NCBI GenBank assembly: GCA_030704615.1
Contig: CM060734.1
Location: forward strand, 26,784,001-26,848,000
Reading direction: 5' to 3'
DNA: 64,000 bases
Source: Takakia lepidozioides
Lineage: Eukaryota > Plantae > Bryophyta
The translations under genes and the position numbers were made by a program. Below the pieces are notes generated by a model. The model was not told the origin of the DNA. It saw nothing but the letters and a program-made list of their open reading frames with translations, and did no database searches. Positions 24,262-37,029 of the stretch are shown here, one piece after another (the first letter of the stretch is position 1; each line of letters opens with the position of its first letter).

Positions 24262-27200
24262 TCACGAGGAGATGGATGCATGGGGCATTGAATCATCATC
24301 AATAACAATAGTCACTGGAGTGGATGTGGCATTTTCAGGTCCAGACTCATCATCCTCGTCGTTCTCACTACCATAAGTAAGCAAGGCCATGCTTCTTTCT
24401 ACCACCGCCCCCTTGCCTTCTGCTTCTTTGCCTGTGCTGCCGTCTTCAACTTTCTCCTCTCCCATCCTTCTCAATCCCTCTCCTCCCTCTTCCTCTTGAT
24501 CTTGATCCATTGTGTTATTTGATCTTCTCCGTTTCGTTTGGTTGTGGAGAATGGAAATTTCATTGCGCTTCATTTTCTGGCCCTTGGTACCCACCTCCAC
24601 CCTCAGCAGTCCTGCTTCTTGCTTGAATTGATAGGGGGCCCGGAAGCAGAATAATGAGAGATTAGTGATCTCGATAACTTTATCGGTTCTCCTGGATCCC
24701 ACAGTTATTAAAGGCTATCAGTAGGAGTGAAGGAAACTGACAGAGAGAAACTTGTAATCGATGCACAGTTACTAGTGGAAATCTGCAGCCTGACCTCCTA
24801 AAGCCAGATCAACCAGATGTGGAATTGGGAACCACAATCTCTCCAAAACAGGATTTTGAGTAATAACGTAAACTTGTGGCCCTCTAGTTCTTCGGTGTGT
24901 GAGCCAGAAATTGTCTACATCTCTCATGGCACAACTGTTTACGCCTTTAAAGGAATACCCTTTCCTTGGCCCGATAGAGTGGTCATACACAGACAGCTGC
25001 TAGAACTATACTGCATGTGCTCTTAATTTAGTGTACACTAACGTGTGTATAATGAGAAAAGAGGCTGGAACAAAGATGAGAGAAACAAACCGATATGTTT
25101 CTGCCTCAGATGTTTTTTGCATGAGAAGGCATCGTGCATAGAATCCCTCATGGCCTGGTTTTGCTGATTCAAGGCTTTGCATACCAATTGAGCTGTCCAC
25201 CACATACTGCCACCGAACAATACAAACTTTATGATGTACTCACCTTCTCTTCATGCCGGCTCACTCTTCTTAGCATTTGGAAGGCTTTGGCACTGATGTT
25301 GGCTTCGCCAGTATCTGGTTGCCTAGAATGTGCATCTCCTGTTCCAACAACCTTTAGTACACAACTGTGTTGCTAACCTGTTGCAGGGGCAACTGCCAAA
25401 TTTTATAGCCCATTCATACTAAGCTATTGCAAGTAAGTGCAGATCAAGGTGTACAGCTCTCACCTCAACTCTCCTCGCAGAGGTCACCTATCAAATAATG
25501 ACTAGCTTATATAACTACGGGCCTCATCATGGATCCAATATTTCTACTATGCCTTCAACATTTTGATTGATGTTTGGAGGCTTACCACAAAGAATGGACT
25601 CCAGATTTCGTGACTGTAGACTGTCCACACTTCATCATTTCCAGGATAAATGAAGTACTTGTCTTGTAGTTTTACAAAAGTGGTCACTCTGTGCAAGAGG
25701 CACATGAAAGTAAGCAAGGCAAGAGAGAGCTTCTTCGGCTGTTAAATAACTCCCTCCCAGACACACATCAGCACTCCGAAGAACTTAGGTCCTCTGCATC
25801 AGTTGTGGTCCTCTATGCTGTGAGAAAAGAGCTAAGAGAAAGAATGTTCCCAATGTTGAAGAGAGAGAAGCTTTGGGCTACTACCCCCTTTTGGTGGTGG
25901 CCACTATATGTCCTCAAAGTTGGACCTCCCTTGCAAGCTAAAGCATTCACGTACTCCCGAGGGCACCGTCCCTTAACATGCTAACGCTCCTCCAGCTGAT
26001 TGTGAGGTTTAAATCAGCAGGGTGTGAAACTCAATCCAAGATACCCGCAGCAATTGCACAAACTGGGTGTTTTGGTGTTCAGATAAGGCTTGGCGAATCC
26101 ATCATAATAGAAGAGAGAATGTGCTCATAAGACATATCATCATAGAAAGAGAGAGAGAGAGAGAGAGAGGGGGAACAACGTGGGATGTTTTTTGAGCAAC
26201 ACATCCTTTACCTTTGAGAGAAGGTAACCCAAGACACCTGGACATCTACCTCCTGTCTCAACTCCAAAAGTCCAGCGCCCCTAAGTGAATTCCACTGATC
26301 TGCTTCACCCTTCCGATAGGGAGGAGTCATCTCCAGATAACGCCTGCCACATTTTATGTATTTGTAAAACTGTGTTTGTTGTACCCTTGTGGGCATTGTC
26401 TGGATGAAGCAGGAAGGAGGAGGGGAACAGGAGGCAGAGAAAGAGACCATCATGGAAGTCTTGCTCTCCCCCATGGTACAAAGAAAGGAAAAAGAAAGAT
26501 ATAATGTCCACAGGAAGGCAGAACAGGTTATTCTTGTGTTATCGCAGAAACTTACAGCCCCACAAGCTTGGTAGTATAAGGGCACACTGGAGAAACCTTA
26601 TTGAACACATAATGCTTTTACCCATTCTATGTGAGAGCCAAAAGCAAACCAGAACCGCTTGCCCCCTCTCTTGAGAAAAGCAATCCACGAAGAGTTCAAG
26701 AGAGGCTAACTCACATTTCAATGTATAGAGGGTGCTTCTTCCCAGCCTGAGTGGTGCGTGAGAACCTGTCCCCAGACCTCTGCAGAATAAGAGCATACCA
26801 ATTGGGGTCGCTCATGCTGGTTGTACAATGCCCACAACTGCCAAAGTCGCAAGATTTTCGTCAAAAACTCTGCCCATAAATCTCATCTGGAGATTGCAAC
26901 AATGCGGCCAGATGTTTCACCCAGTTTTATGAAAGGATTAGAAGTCAAGGGGAGCTCAAAGAAGGCCTTTGCCGGGAAACGAAATTTGTTCCTGATTTCA
27001 TCATGATGCAGTCATCTGACTTGTAAAGTGAATGAGAATAAGTAAACAAATTCATGACGTCCGCAGGAGAGCACAGGACGCGCAGAGGGCCCATATGACA
27101 CAGTACAACGACAGAGAAGATAGAGAGCTAGAGAGAGAGTACATCGTATGATTCCATAACAGAGCATTCATTCTCCTTGACTGGTCCTGAGATGCAGACG

Positions 27201-28904
27201 GGATGGCCTAGAGCACGCACTGAGCCCTTTAGAAGAGGGCTTGTGAGATACGCAATAACCGGCACCTATCCCACACACACAGCGTGAGAAGGGCGAGCAA
27301 ATTACAATGATGCCCACCAAACAAGTTAGGCCTCTGTGACATCTCTCTCCATTTAACTTGATTTGGGCAGTTGAGTGTTTTTTCTTTGTCCTGGCAGAGC
27401 AGTCAGTCTGCCAGGAAAATTGCATTTGTTCAGAACCCCACAAATCGACCCCATTGCACCTTGGCAATCATAAGTTACATTTGAGAGAATGAATCATCTT
27501 CTTCTCACAATCATAACTAGTTTTAGGAAGAGACTGCGGATTGCAAAACAAATCAGTATAACAGCCATCGCTCTACATCATTGGGGTTAAACCTTAGATT
27601 CCATTGAGCGTCAGCATCGCTGCGGAATGCGGGCAAATTCTGCACTAGCGGGGCTCATGAGTAGCGACCAATATGGTACGAAAGACCTCCTCTCTTCCTG
27701 TCAATCTCAGCGAAATCTTCTTTCAATCAATCAAATTCTCAGCAGGGAAGATGAGACTAGCATGGGTCTTACTGTGAAGGTGTTTCCCAGCAACATCCAC
27801 CTTATACTGGCCCGCAGTGGCTCCAGTGATGGCGACTCCAATGGGTTACTCCGACCAGCTTTCCCTCGACCCTTTTGTGGCGGCCGTGGACTCTCTACAA
27901 CATCCGGCCTGTGGCAACGTACAAACAACGATGGTTGTAAGCAATGTACTCACGTGTTGTAGACCAAGTTATGAAGAAGTTTCTTCATTTCTGAGCTTCC
28001 CGTGGACTTCATGAGAGTGTACCAGTTGAAGGGATGATCTACAGTTGCAGCGCTGCCACAGTTAAAACATAACCATCTCTGAGCTGATACTCTAGATAGG
28101 AGGTGTAGGACTGGGACGATTCTTACCTGGAAGATAAGTTTGCATTTGTGAAATTGTCAGCTTCTTTAATGAGCACATTTGTGTGATTGGGGGGATATCC
28201 CATCACCATTTCCAGCTCACTGTGACTAATGTATCGCAGCTCATTTGTGCCAACTTCCATCACCAGCTCCAGGTTGGTCGTGTTGCTCTTGTAGCAGTTG
28301 TTAGATAGAACAACCTAAGGAACATCAGGAACAGAGTACTGAATTAGAAATGGCACTTGCTTAGGTGAGAGATAGGAGCTTAATTTGCAACATTTGGCAT
28401 TATCGTGATATGTACAATATCCAAGATTCTCTATCTGATTTTAACGTGAGCACCTTGAGCTGGGCACAGTGTCGATGTACTAACTAGTTCCACAGATGGT
28501 AGCTTTGCTCTTCTCCCTGCAGTTTGAGACAGTCTAGAAGTGTCCCGAACATTTGAGCCAACCGTCTCATGAGGAGGGAAGAGCCGGAAGGGAATATGTG
28601 TTACACAGTCCACAGAAACCAGGAAAGTATACTTCAGTTAGATAATACATCAAGGGGAGAGGAAGATACCCCAGTTTTCAGTTCAAGGGGGATGGCGTTG
28701 TGGAGGCAACTTTCGAGCGATGTCGACGGGTGGTCCCTCACACGGGGAAGCTTCGGGGGGTGGGGAATGTTCGTCCAATATATTCGGCGTCGTCGAGTTG
28801 GTGTGAGCTCAATAGAGTCGATTTCAATAGGCTGCACTCTCAGGTACTTGGAGATTTCGTCGCGATCGATCCATGACATTGAAGCCACGTTCTCAACCAA
28901 AAAC
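24262..28904 (-). pseudogene. DNMT3: DNMT3-like cytosine-5 methyltransferase C-terminal half + DUF3444; exons 28904-28670, 28314-28127, 27908-27773, 27265-27143, 26837-26715, 26343-26212, 25688-25586, 25206-25091, 24691-24262
   Basis: MTase motifs: VI FLVENVASM, VIII TRRRRIYWTNIP, ELEMVMGYPPNHTNV, X RWMLLGNTFT|VPVIAYL. DUF3444-like: LWALYN..WYALI, YLE, FSQR, IYPGNDEVWTVY. Introns are GT-AG and phases agree except for +1 nt at the G4 run 26804-26807. Motifs I and IV were not found. Confidence 0.85.
26147..26168. repeat. (GA)n microsatellite in DNMT3 intron
   Basis: Run of GA repeats. Confidence 0.85.
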
Positions 28905-29979
28905 CTGCAGGGCAAAATTCAATCTGTCCAACTTATTGCAGGCAACTAACAGTCGAGGTCCAAACATTTGCTTTTCCTCATTTCTTCAAGGTGCTTATTA
29001 AAGCTTCTGGCTCACCCTTCTTGTCACAACCAACTGCTCAAGATAAGTACTTAAGGTCCTCCATCTGTCTCAGTCCAGCATACCGATGGTTGACATCAGA
29101 TACTGAGCTTATGCGATTGCTGACAACAGAGCTGGCCCTCAGCTGGCCCCGCCTTCCGTGGATCCATGTAATAAATCTTCTTCTCATAGTCAGTGGACGT
29201 AATATTAGGTAGTAGATGCTTCCTCTCCCTCTCTTTTGTCTTCCCAAGTGGTAAGTTACTAGTTACGATACATTTCCCGCTTAAAACTAAACTGTAACCG
29301 TGCATGTGATGGATACTAAGTTGAACACGCACAATGTTCTATGACAACATTCGTGATCTATCAAACAAATGCAGGAAAAACTGGATTCGGCTTTTAAGCT
29401 CTGCAGAATTGATGTGACGCTTAATCAATCTATGAAGCAAGACGTTTGTTTTGTCGCAAGGCCCCGGCGCTGGTGCTTGGTACAGTTGGAAAGCCCTCAA
29501 CGGGCTTGGTCTCAGGATTTTTGGACCTGCGGTGTGGGAGATGTGGAATTCCAAGTACTTTTGGTCGTGGTTTCTCCAGTGAATGCATTTCTTGAAATTC
29601 CATTCCATTCCATCCACGAAAACGTATTAAACGTGAAAACAGAAACTAACCGTGCTTAATATCCAATCAAGACCAGAACGGCAAGAGGAATCGAACAAAC
29701 GTACACATCCCTGTGAGAAGCGAAACCGCAACAAAGAGCCAATCTAATAAAAAACTCAACAGATTTCGCCATCGAAACCAATCTATGTAGTGCTAATCTA
29801 GCAAACATATCAGACACTGACTAGTGGATTTCGCAATCGAGACCTGTGTTGGGTGCGGGATCTCCAAGATATTTGCTGTCAAAACTCTTAGCTCCCTTCT
29901 TTGGTGAACGGAATGGTTTAAGGTATGCTCATCGATCTAACACTCACGTCAGCCGTAGGGTCGATGCAGGCGTCCTACA

Positions 29980-32900
29980 CATCATTTGCAAGCATACTGG
30001 AGACCTCGTTGAAGCTTAAGGTAGGCGCATGAACCTGTTCAGCTTGCTGACTGAGCTATAGCTTCACAAGAAGAACATAGTACAAATGCTTACAGGCATT
30101 ATATGGGCCTTTTTTTCTCTCCACCGCCATGAAGTCGGGGCAGGTGCATGCTGGCAACTGAGAGATTGTAATGTTGTAGGATGTATTCTTAGCTGACGAT
30201 CCAGCAGTAATAATAGTGTAGACCCTCCCAAATCCCGATGACGGAATGTCTCGACTGTAGCTGATTGTTGCATAAAGGTTCAATGCACTTCCCATCCGCG
30301 TTTTGTTTTGAGCACTGGGTGTCTTCTTTCGACGGACAGGCTGACCCCACCGTGTAATCCCCATCCAGAGGTCGTTCATTCCTCTCGATGTGAGATTCTC
30401 TCGCTACAAGTCTGAAACCAGCCTTAGTGAGATAATCAACTTCAACCTGGCTTAGCAGTGTTCCTAGAGCTACACTTGGTGGTGATGGCTTATCCAAACA
30501 GGAAGACATTACTCCACCATGCACACAGTTTGCAATGTCATCCGAACACATCCAGAAACTATGTTTCGGTACTTGCTGTTTATACAATGAAGGAAGTAAC
30601 CTCCCGACAAAGACAGGAGCAGCCACTCCCCGTCCTTTCACCCATCCTGGGTTCATCCTGGCGTTAATGGATTGATGGCAGATACGTCCCGAGTCCAACC
30701 TCACTGCCGAACATTTTCCTTGGAAATTCTCTATCGTTCGTGCTATCTTCCAACATGTGTCAGATACCCTGGATTCAAGAACCGGTAAACCATCCTGGTA
30801 CGGCAAAGAATACTCTTCCAAATCCATACTTGACCTCTGTGTTAAGGGGACCTCCCAATCCGCATCTTCATCTCCCGATATTTCATCTGCAAGGGACTCG
30901 GTCTGGTTTGGGGCCGTCACATACGATGTAGAGCGTGTACCAACTGGAGTTGATAGAGAGGGTACAACAATGGGGGTGGGAGAAGCGCCGACATTATTTT
31001 GGCCGAAATCGTCCCTCTCTCCCGGCTTATTTGAAGATGGAGCATTGGACTCATCAGGTGATGAGGCCGGGGATGGGGAAGATCCAAACACCGGTTGTCG
31101 CATACCGGATAGATATCCCGAGAGCCGTCCACCGCGACGTCCTCTTACACGTGGACCTGTATGGAGATTGAACTCCGGCCTCCAAGAATGTTGTGCCTCG
31201 TCGAATGAAAACTCCAGAACATCTGATCGTCGAGGCTGCTTCGTTGTCCTCAGATCGCCATCCAATCCAACCCGCATGGACTCGAACGGTGACCCGCTGA
31301 CTACTTCCTTCATCGCCGCTGCTTTCTTGAAAGTGCTTGGACTCCTCGACTGTGCCCTCAATAAAAGCTCCTCCTTATCAGGGCCTAGGCCCTTAAATTC
31401 ACCCGTCCTAAACTTGAGGATGTTGCACTGTTGCATAATCGATCGAGTTATGTCATCGGCAGTGGCGGTTCCAAGATCGGTCAGCCCACTCCCGGAGCTT
31501 GCTTGCCAACTGCTATCCACAGCCTCCGACAGATTTGTAGTTGGCATTGATGTATCAGCTTCCAAACTAAATCGCTGTCACAACAAGAAACATTAATTAG
31601 TAAAGGTCACACCAATCCATAGATTCAATATCCACTCGGAACAATCCCCTGAATTCCAATCCGTCGAACCATCCATCCTCTAGCAAGTGAAATGTTTCTA
31701 GATCCTAATGGTGTCCAGTCGAAATTCTTTCGTAGGCGAAACTTTCATATCAATTGTATTTCACAAGCACATAAAATATATGGATGCATCATTTCGCAGG
31801 CGACATTATTCCTGCAAATTCGGATCTCTTTTTAATGCGCTATCTTTTTCGTTTGCAAAACTTAAGAAGGAAGGGATCGGCTGTTTATTGTTAGCAACAC
31901 GTTGGGATATACCAACGTGAGTAAGTCCGTTCTTTGCAATCATATTGACGTAACTGATATTTGAAACTTACGTGACGCATGTACTGTCCCAAGTGACGGT
32001 ACCGATAATGCCACCAGGCAAGCCATGTCATCAGTGCTTTCTGATCCTTCAGACTTGTTGCAGCTCCTGAAGATGACCACCAGGCTCGAATACTGGAGAA
32101 CAATGCTTCTGCAGCTATAAATGTGGTCGTGTCTTTCCAGGAGTTTCAAATCTCCACATGTTGTGATCTCAGGCCCGGGATAATATGTCTGGGTAGTGTG
32201 TAGTTGCAAGCTCTGTGCCCAATGGAACCCACAAGTTCGCTCTCTCCCATCTTCAAGTGGAGTCTGGTCGTCCCCATTCCCGTAGATCCGGCGAACAACG
32301 TTCCAATTGGCCCCTGCGTTATCTGCCATGAATCCTGCAAATCTTGGTAGCCGTTTTCCCATCCGTTGCATTGTCTTGTTGATGTTCTCCCACAGGAGCA
32401 CTTGTGAATCAGCATCCTCCGCGACCATCTCACAAATTGCCAGTGTAAGTAGCTTCTGCATTCCTTCGTGGTAGACATGACATGGTTTTGTACTCCATCC
32501 CTTAATCCGTTTAACATGATCGAAGACGACCCACGACATCTCCATCTCACCCCCAATGTTCATGCTATCCACAATCTCCACTGCATTTCCCGGACCTGAA
32601 GTGGACATCTTGAAGACGTAAGGTCTGTCCTCATCAGTCCCTTGGCCCGGAAAGTGACTTCCATGGACAAAGTCATAGTTGCACTCTTTTTTTAAATCCA
32701 TCAGAGCGCGAAAATCGTCTCCTTTCCCAAACTCCTGCCCGCTTGTTTTCACATGGTTTACGTAATTTGGAGACGACAGGTAAGATATATTTTCCAGCAA
32801 TTTCAAAACATCCGCATCCTTCATTCGTGAACGCTCCTTGCCCTCTTTCACCATGACCTCTGCCATGACTGCCTTATTGCACACGTTCAACTGCACCTTC

Positions 32901-33987
32901 TTGGGAGACAGAGCTGGATGCAATTTCACCTCCTCTCGGATGAGCAATCGTGCGTTGATTGCCTTCTCTCGGCTCCCTCCATCTGCAAATGGATGGTGAT
33001 GCTCTCCCAAATGAACAGCACACCGACTCGTCAAAATGTCACCAACAATATAAAATATTCGAGCAAAACAGGTGGAAATACAAAATGGGGGTGCCTTGCA
33101 AATGGCACAATAAAATGAGTTTTTCGGCACGGAAGTCTGCTCTCGGAAAACCCTCTTTGAGAAGCCTTTCCAGTGCTTCTCATTGTGAAACCCATTTCGA
33201 ATGTAATAGGGACATGCGGTGTCGAGACAACGCATGTGGCCAACAGAGCGGACATATCGAATAGCTATACCCTTTGGGACCCTAATGCTAGTGGTCTTTG
33301 TCCTTGTCCAGCAATGACCGTCATGTTTCCGATCCATCCCAATAAGACTTCCCTCAGCTGACCTAACAATTGGGGCAGGTGGAAGTTCATAAATACATCC
33401 CCATTAACATCTCCTGGAAGATATGTAACTTGGTGAACTCCGATGCGTTGAAGGTCAATACCACATAATGGATTACGGGACTGTTTGGAGGATTGGACAT
33501 GCGTAAGTATATCCAAACTTGACGTACCTGCTAGGACGCCAGATGATGAGCCAACACCAGGACTCTCCTGCACTCGACTGAACTTCTGTGTCGAACAAAT
33601 GCTTTCAACCTCGTAACAATCATCGTCATCGTCATTGTCATCTGACTCATTTGTACCTGATGAAAGCTCAATATGTGCTTTTGAAGAAGAAGGTATGTAC
33701 TCGCATTTCACTGCGCTATCTTGCATTGTCACTCTATACATGAATCGTGACACACAGCATTTCCAGAACATCTCAGTGCATACACGCGATAGAAGCACCA
33801 ACCTACTGTGCAACAACACTCCTTGGTCATCTAAAACATCCTCCTCCAAACTGAGCGTACCTGTATTAAATCCAAATATCAACCGCAAGAAACTCTCCGC
33901 AACCAAACAAAATCCGTCTGTGGCAGGCAATTGAACAGACCCAGACAACTCTCTACTGAAGATTGTAATGAACCGTGTGCTCTCCAT
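29980..33987 (-). pseudogene. MULE/Mutator-type transposase with GCM-like zinc domain and C-terminal SWIM finger, frameshifted
   Basis: GCM-like: DGHCW..GHMRC..CP..CAIC..C..R..HLGEHHHP. Predicted catalytic triad: FDHVKR, FMADNA (followed by CGFH), PTTNLSE. SWIM: PACTCPDF..CKHLYYV..HAPTLSFNEV. Frameshifts near 33390, 32190 and 30380; probable intron at ~31970-31570. Confidence 0.8.
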
Positions 33988-34178
33988 TGTGGTTCGGAGA
34001 AGTGCTTTCGGAATTCCTCTAAATAATATATACTGAGAATTAAAAACGTGTGTGGGCGACGCTATAGCGGCGTCATTAATGTTTTAACATGAGTAGATAT
34101 TACTATGGCATGTATCTTATCGAGAATCAAACTGACAACATGTGATAATATTTTGCAAGCGAAACATTACATCTGGAC

Positions 34179-34992
34179 CAGCGTCCGGGAAATAATTTCA
34201 TTTGAACCAGCCAGTAGCCGCTCATTCCCAGCAGCAATCGGCTAAGTGGGTTGGGCAGTCGGTTGCTGCCCCTTAGTGGTAACTATACCCGGTCAATTTC
34301 CGGAATAAAATCTTTACAACCGGTAATATTCCTAATGATTTATTTTGTGTTCAGCTATAAATCCGGCCCTTATAAATATCAACTGGTTGACAACACAAGT
34401 GTCAAATGCACAACAATAAGTAAATAATAATAATAAGAAATAATCACAACCAGTTTTAAGCAATTCAAACAAGTGAAGAACATTGTATCCTTATAGAAGT
34501 TGGACCTGTCAATGCCTTCAAACCACATGGAGGTCAAGAATTGAACCCGCGTGGACAGGTGAGCTGTGATAGCAGGCAACGAGTGCAAGCAGGCGTGGGG
34601 CTGGGGCTGCGAGAGCAACGTCCAGACTTAGTAGGGTTTGCCCGTGGGCCGCCCTCTTGAGTTCAATATTTTTTAACGTAAACGCCCTTCCTCGGATGTA
34701 ACCCGGCCTAGCACGTTGGAATTCTGCCATGTGGCAGACTTCGACGGCCATTTCCGTTTTTTGTAATATAAAAAGGGCCGGAATCCGTCCAGGCCTTGCC
34801 AACTAAGGCAGATTTCCTGTCTGTAATGAAATGGAAAGGCAAATATCCTTCTTAAAAGTAGGGCACCCGGTTGATTTCCGCTTCGGCCATTTTCCCCCTC
34901 GGATCCATTTCCTGAGGTTTCATATTTCATTCGGAAATTCTGGAATTTAGTCGGCTAGCATGTAACTGGCTGCCGGTTCTCCCCGGACGTTG
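34179..34992 (-). mobile_element. Non-autonomous hAT element (MITE), copy 1
   Basis: TIRs cagcgtccggg...cccggacgttg; 8-bp TSD atctggac at 34171-34178 and 34993-35000. Confidence 0.92.
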
Positions 34993-35541
34993 ATCTGGAC
35001 ATAATGAAGTCCATTTTTTATGCTGTGTGACGGTCACAAAATTCTCGAATGAAGCCAACTGTCAGTAAAGAATACTTGTCAGTCACTAATATGTGTCAGT
35101 CAGGAATATTTGTGCCGTTTTGTCGGGATTATCATTCTTCGCATGCGAAATAAGTATTTTCCCAACTCTATTGAGAATTTATCTGCTAGACATTTATTGA
35201 CATTGCGCCAAGTGGAAGGTAGAAGCTCGTGTCTAATACACGTTGTCATCTGTAATCTCAGCGATTGATCAAATCAAATACCCCAAAATGAAGTCATATA
35301 ATCCACAACATGATAGTCCATCGAAAGGAATAAACTATTTCAAAATTAACCGTTCCGCATTTGAATGCAACAGCAAGCATCTTACCATATTGAAGACACC
35401 GATTTAAAATAACGGATTGCTCTTTAAAGCTTATTAAAGTTCTCATCAAAGCTCTTAAAGAGATGATGTACGTCTGCTTGTAAATTATGATAACAGTTAT
35501 TACTCCTAAATAAATCTAACTCGTGAATCCAACATACACTC

Positions 35542-36352
35542 CAACGTCCGGGGAGAACCGGCAGCCAGTTACATGCTAGCCGACTAAATTCCAGAATTTC
35601 CGAATGAAATATGAAACCTCAGGAAATGGATCCGAGGGGGAAAATGGCCGAAGCGGAAATCAACCGGGTGCCCTACTTTTAAGAAGGATATTTGCCTTTC
35701 CATTTCATTACAGACAGGAAATCTGCCTTAGTTGGCAAGGCCTGGACGGATTCCGGCCCTTTTTATATTACAAAAAACGGAAATGGCCGTCGAAGTCTGC
35801 CACATGGCAGAATTCCAACGTGCTAGGCCGGGTTACATCCGAGGAAGGGCGTTTACGTTAAAAAATATTGAACTCAAGAGGGCGGCCCACGGGCAAACCC
35901 TACTAAGTCTGGACGTTGCTCTCGCAGCCCCAGCCCCACGCCTGCTTGCACTCGTTGCCTGCTATCACAGCTCACCTGTCCACGCTTCAATTCTTGACCT
36001 CCATGTGGTTTGAAGGCATTGACAGGTCCAACTTCTATAAGGATACAATGTTCTTCACTTGTTTGAATTGCTTAAAACTGGTTGTGATTATTTCTTATTA
36101 TTATTATTTACTTATTGTTGTGCATTTGACACTTGTGTTGTCAACCAGTTGATATTTATAAGGGCCGGATTTATAGCTGAACGCAAAATAAATCATTAGA
36201 AATATTACCGGTTGTAAAGATTTTATCCCGGAAATTGACCGGGTATAGTTACCACTAAGGGGCAGCAACCGACTGCCCAACCCACTTAGCCGATTGCTGC
36301 TGGGAATGAGCGGCTACTGGCTGGTTCAAATGAAATTATTTCCCGGACGCTG
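35542..36352 (+). mobile_element. Non-autonomous hAT element (MITE), copy 2, opposite orientation
   Basis: TIRs caacgtccggg...cccggacgctg; 8-bp TSD atacactc at 35534-35541 and 36353-36360. Nearly identical to copy 1 (3-bp length difference and a few SNPs). Confidence 0.92.
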
Positions 36353-37029
36353 ATACACTCAGTTAATAGATTTCGCATGCGAAATATTTCTGTAGATACA
36401 TATTGTATAGTTAAGTCTTTGGTACTTTCAAGATGGTTCAGGTTCCAAATTGTCTTTCCTAAGGGCGCCGAGCTTGCAAGGGATCTTTGATCGATTACCG
36501 TAATCCCCACGATAATTGGTTTCACTTAGGTGGAGGAGCCTTCGTGACGGGGCCCACTGCATTGTCCCCACGATTCCTCCGGATTCTGGAATTCTCTAGA
36601 ATTCTATAGGATTACCTGTTGCGCCATTTAGGTAATTTATCTAGATGTCCAGATCGACGACAGATGATTTATGTTACGTCGTATACCAAATATTGTAACG
36701 TCTGGTCAGCTGCAACTTGAAAGCCAGACGATTTGTACAGGGGTGACCACATACACTATTTAGGAACCAGAGACTCTCGTATAGACGAGTCTCATTTATT
36801 TATCTACGTTTTTTTGGAATTACAGGTGTCGTTGTGATGTCGTTTTGGAGATTTGGATGTGGTTTCGGTTTTGCTGGCAAAAAATTTCCTTGTAAATCAA
36901 TAAGTTCCTCGAAATCTGCGGTCATTGTCACTAACCCTAAACTGCAAACCCAACAGAACACACTCAAGCCTTGAATGGCTAATTTCGCTGGTACAATTCC
37001 TCGGAGATTGAAGAAGTGTCGAGGTTCTT

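Noticed and set aside
29038-29247. ORF as the missing DNMT3 N-terminal exon (VNHRYAGLRQMEDLKYL)
   Set aside because: No motif I or IV, no suitable splice donor, and it ends in a stop; more likely intronic.
30757-31596. 279-aa plus-strand ORF
   Set aside because: Antisense shadow of the transposase exon.
34179-36352. Single foldback element or long MULE TIR pair; duplicated small ORFs as genes
   Set aside because: Each arm has its own TIRs and a distinct 8-bp TSD. The ORFs have no recognisable domains.
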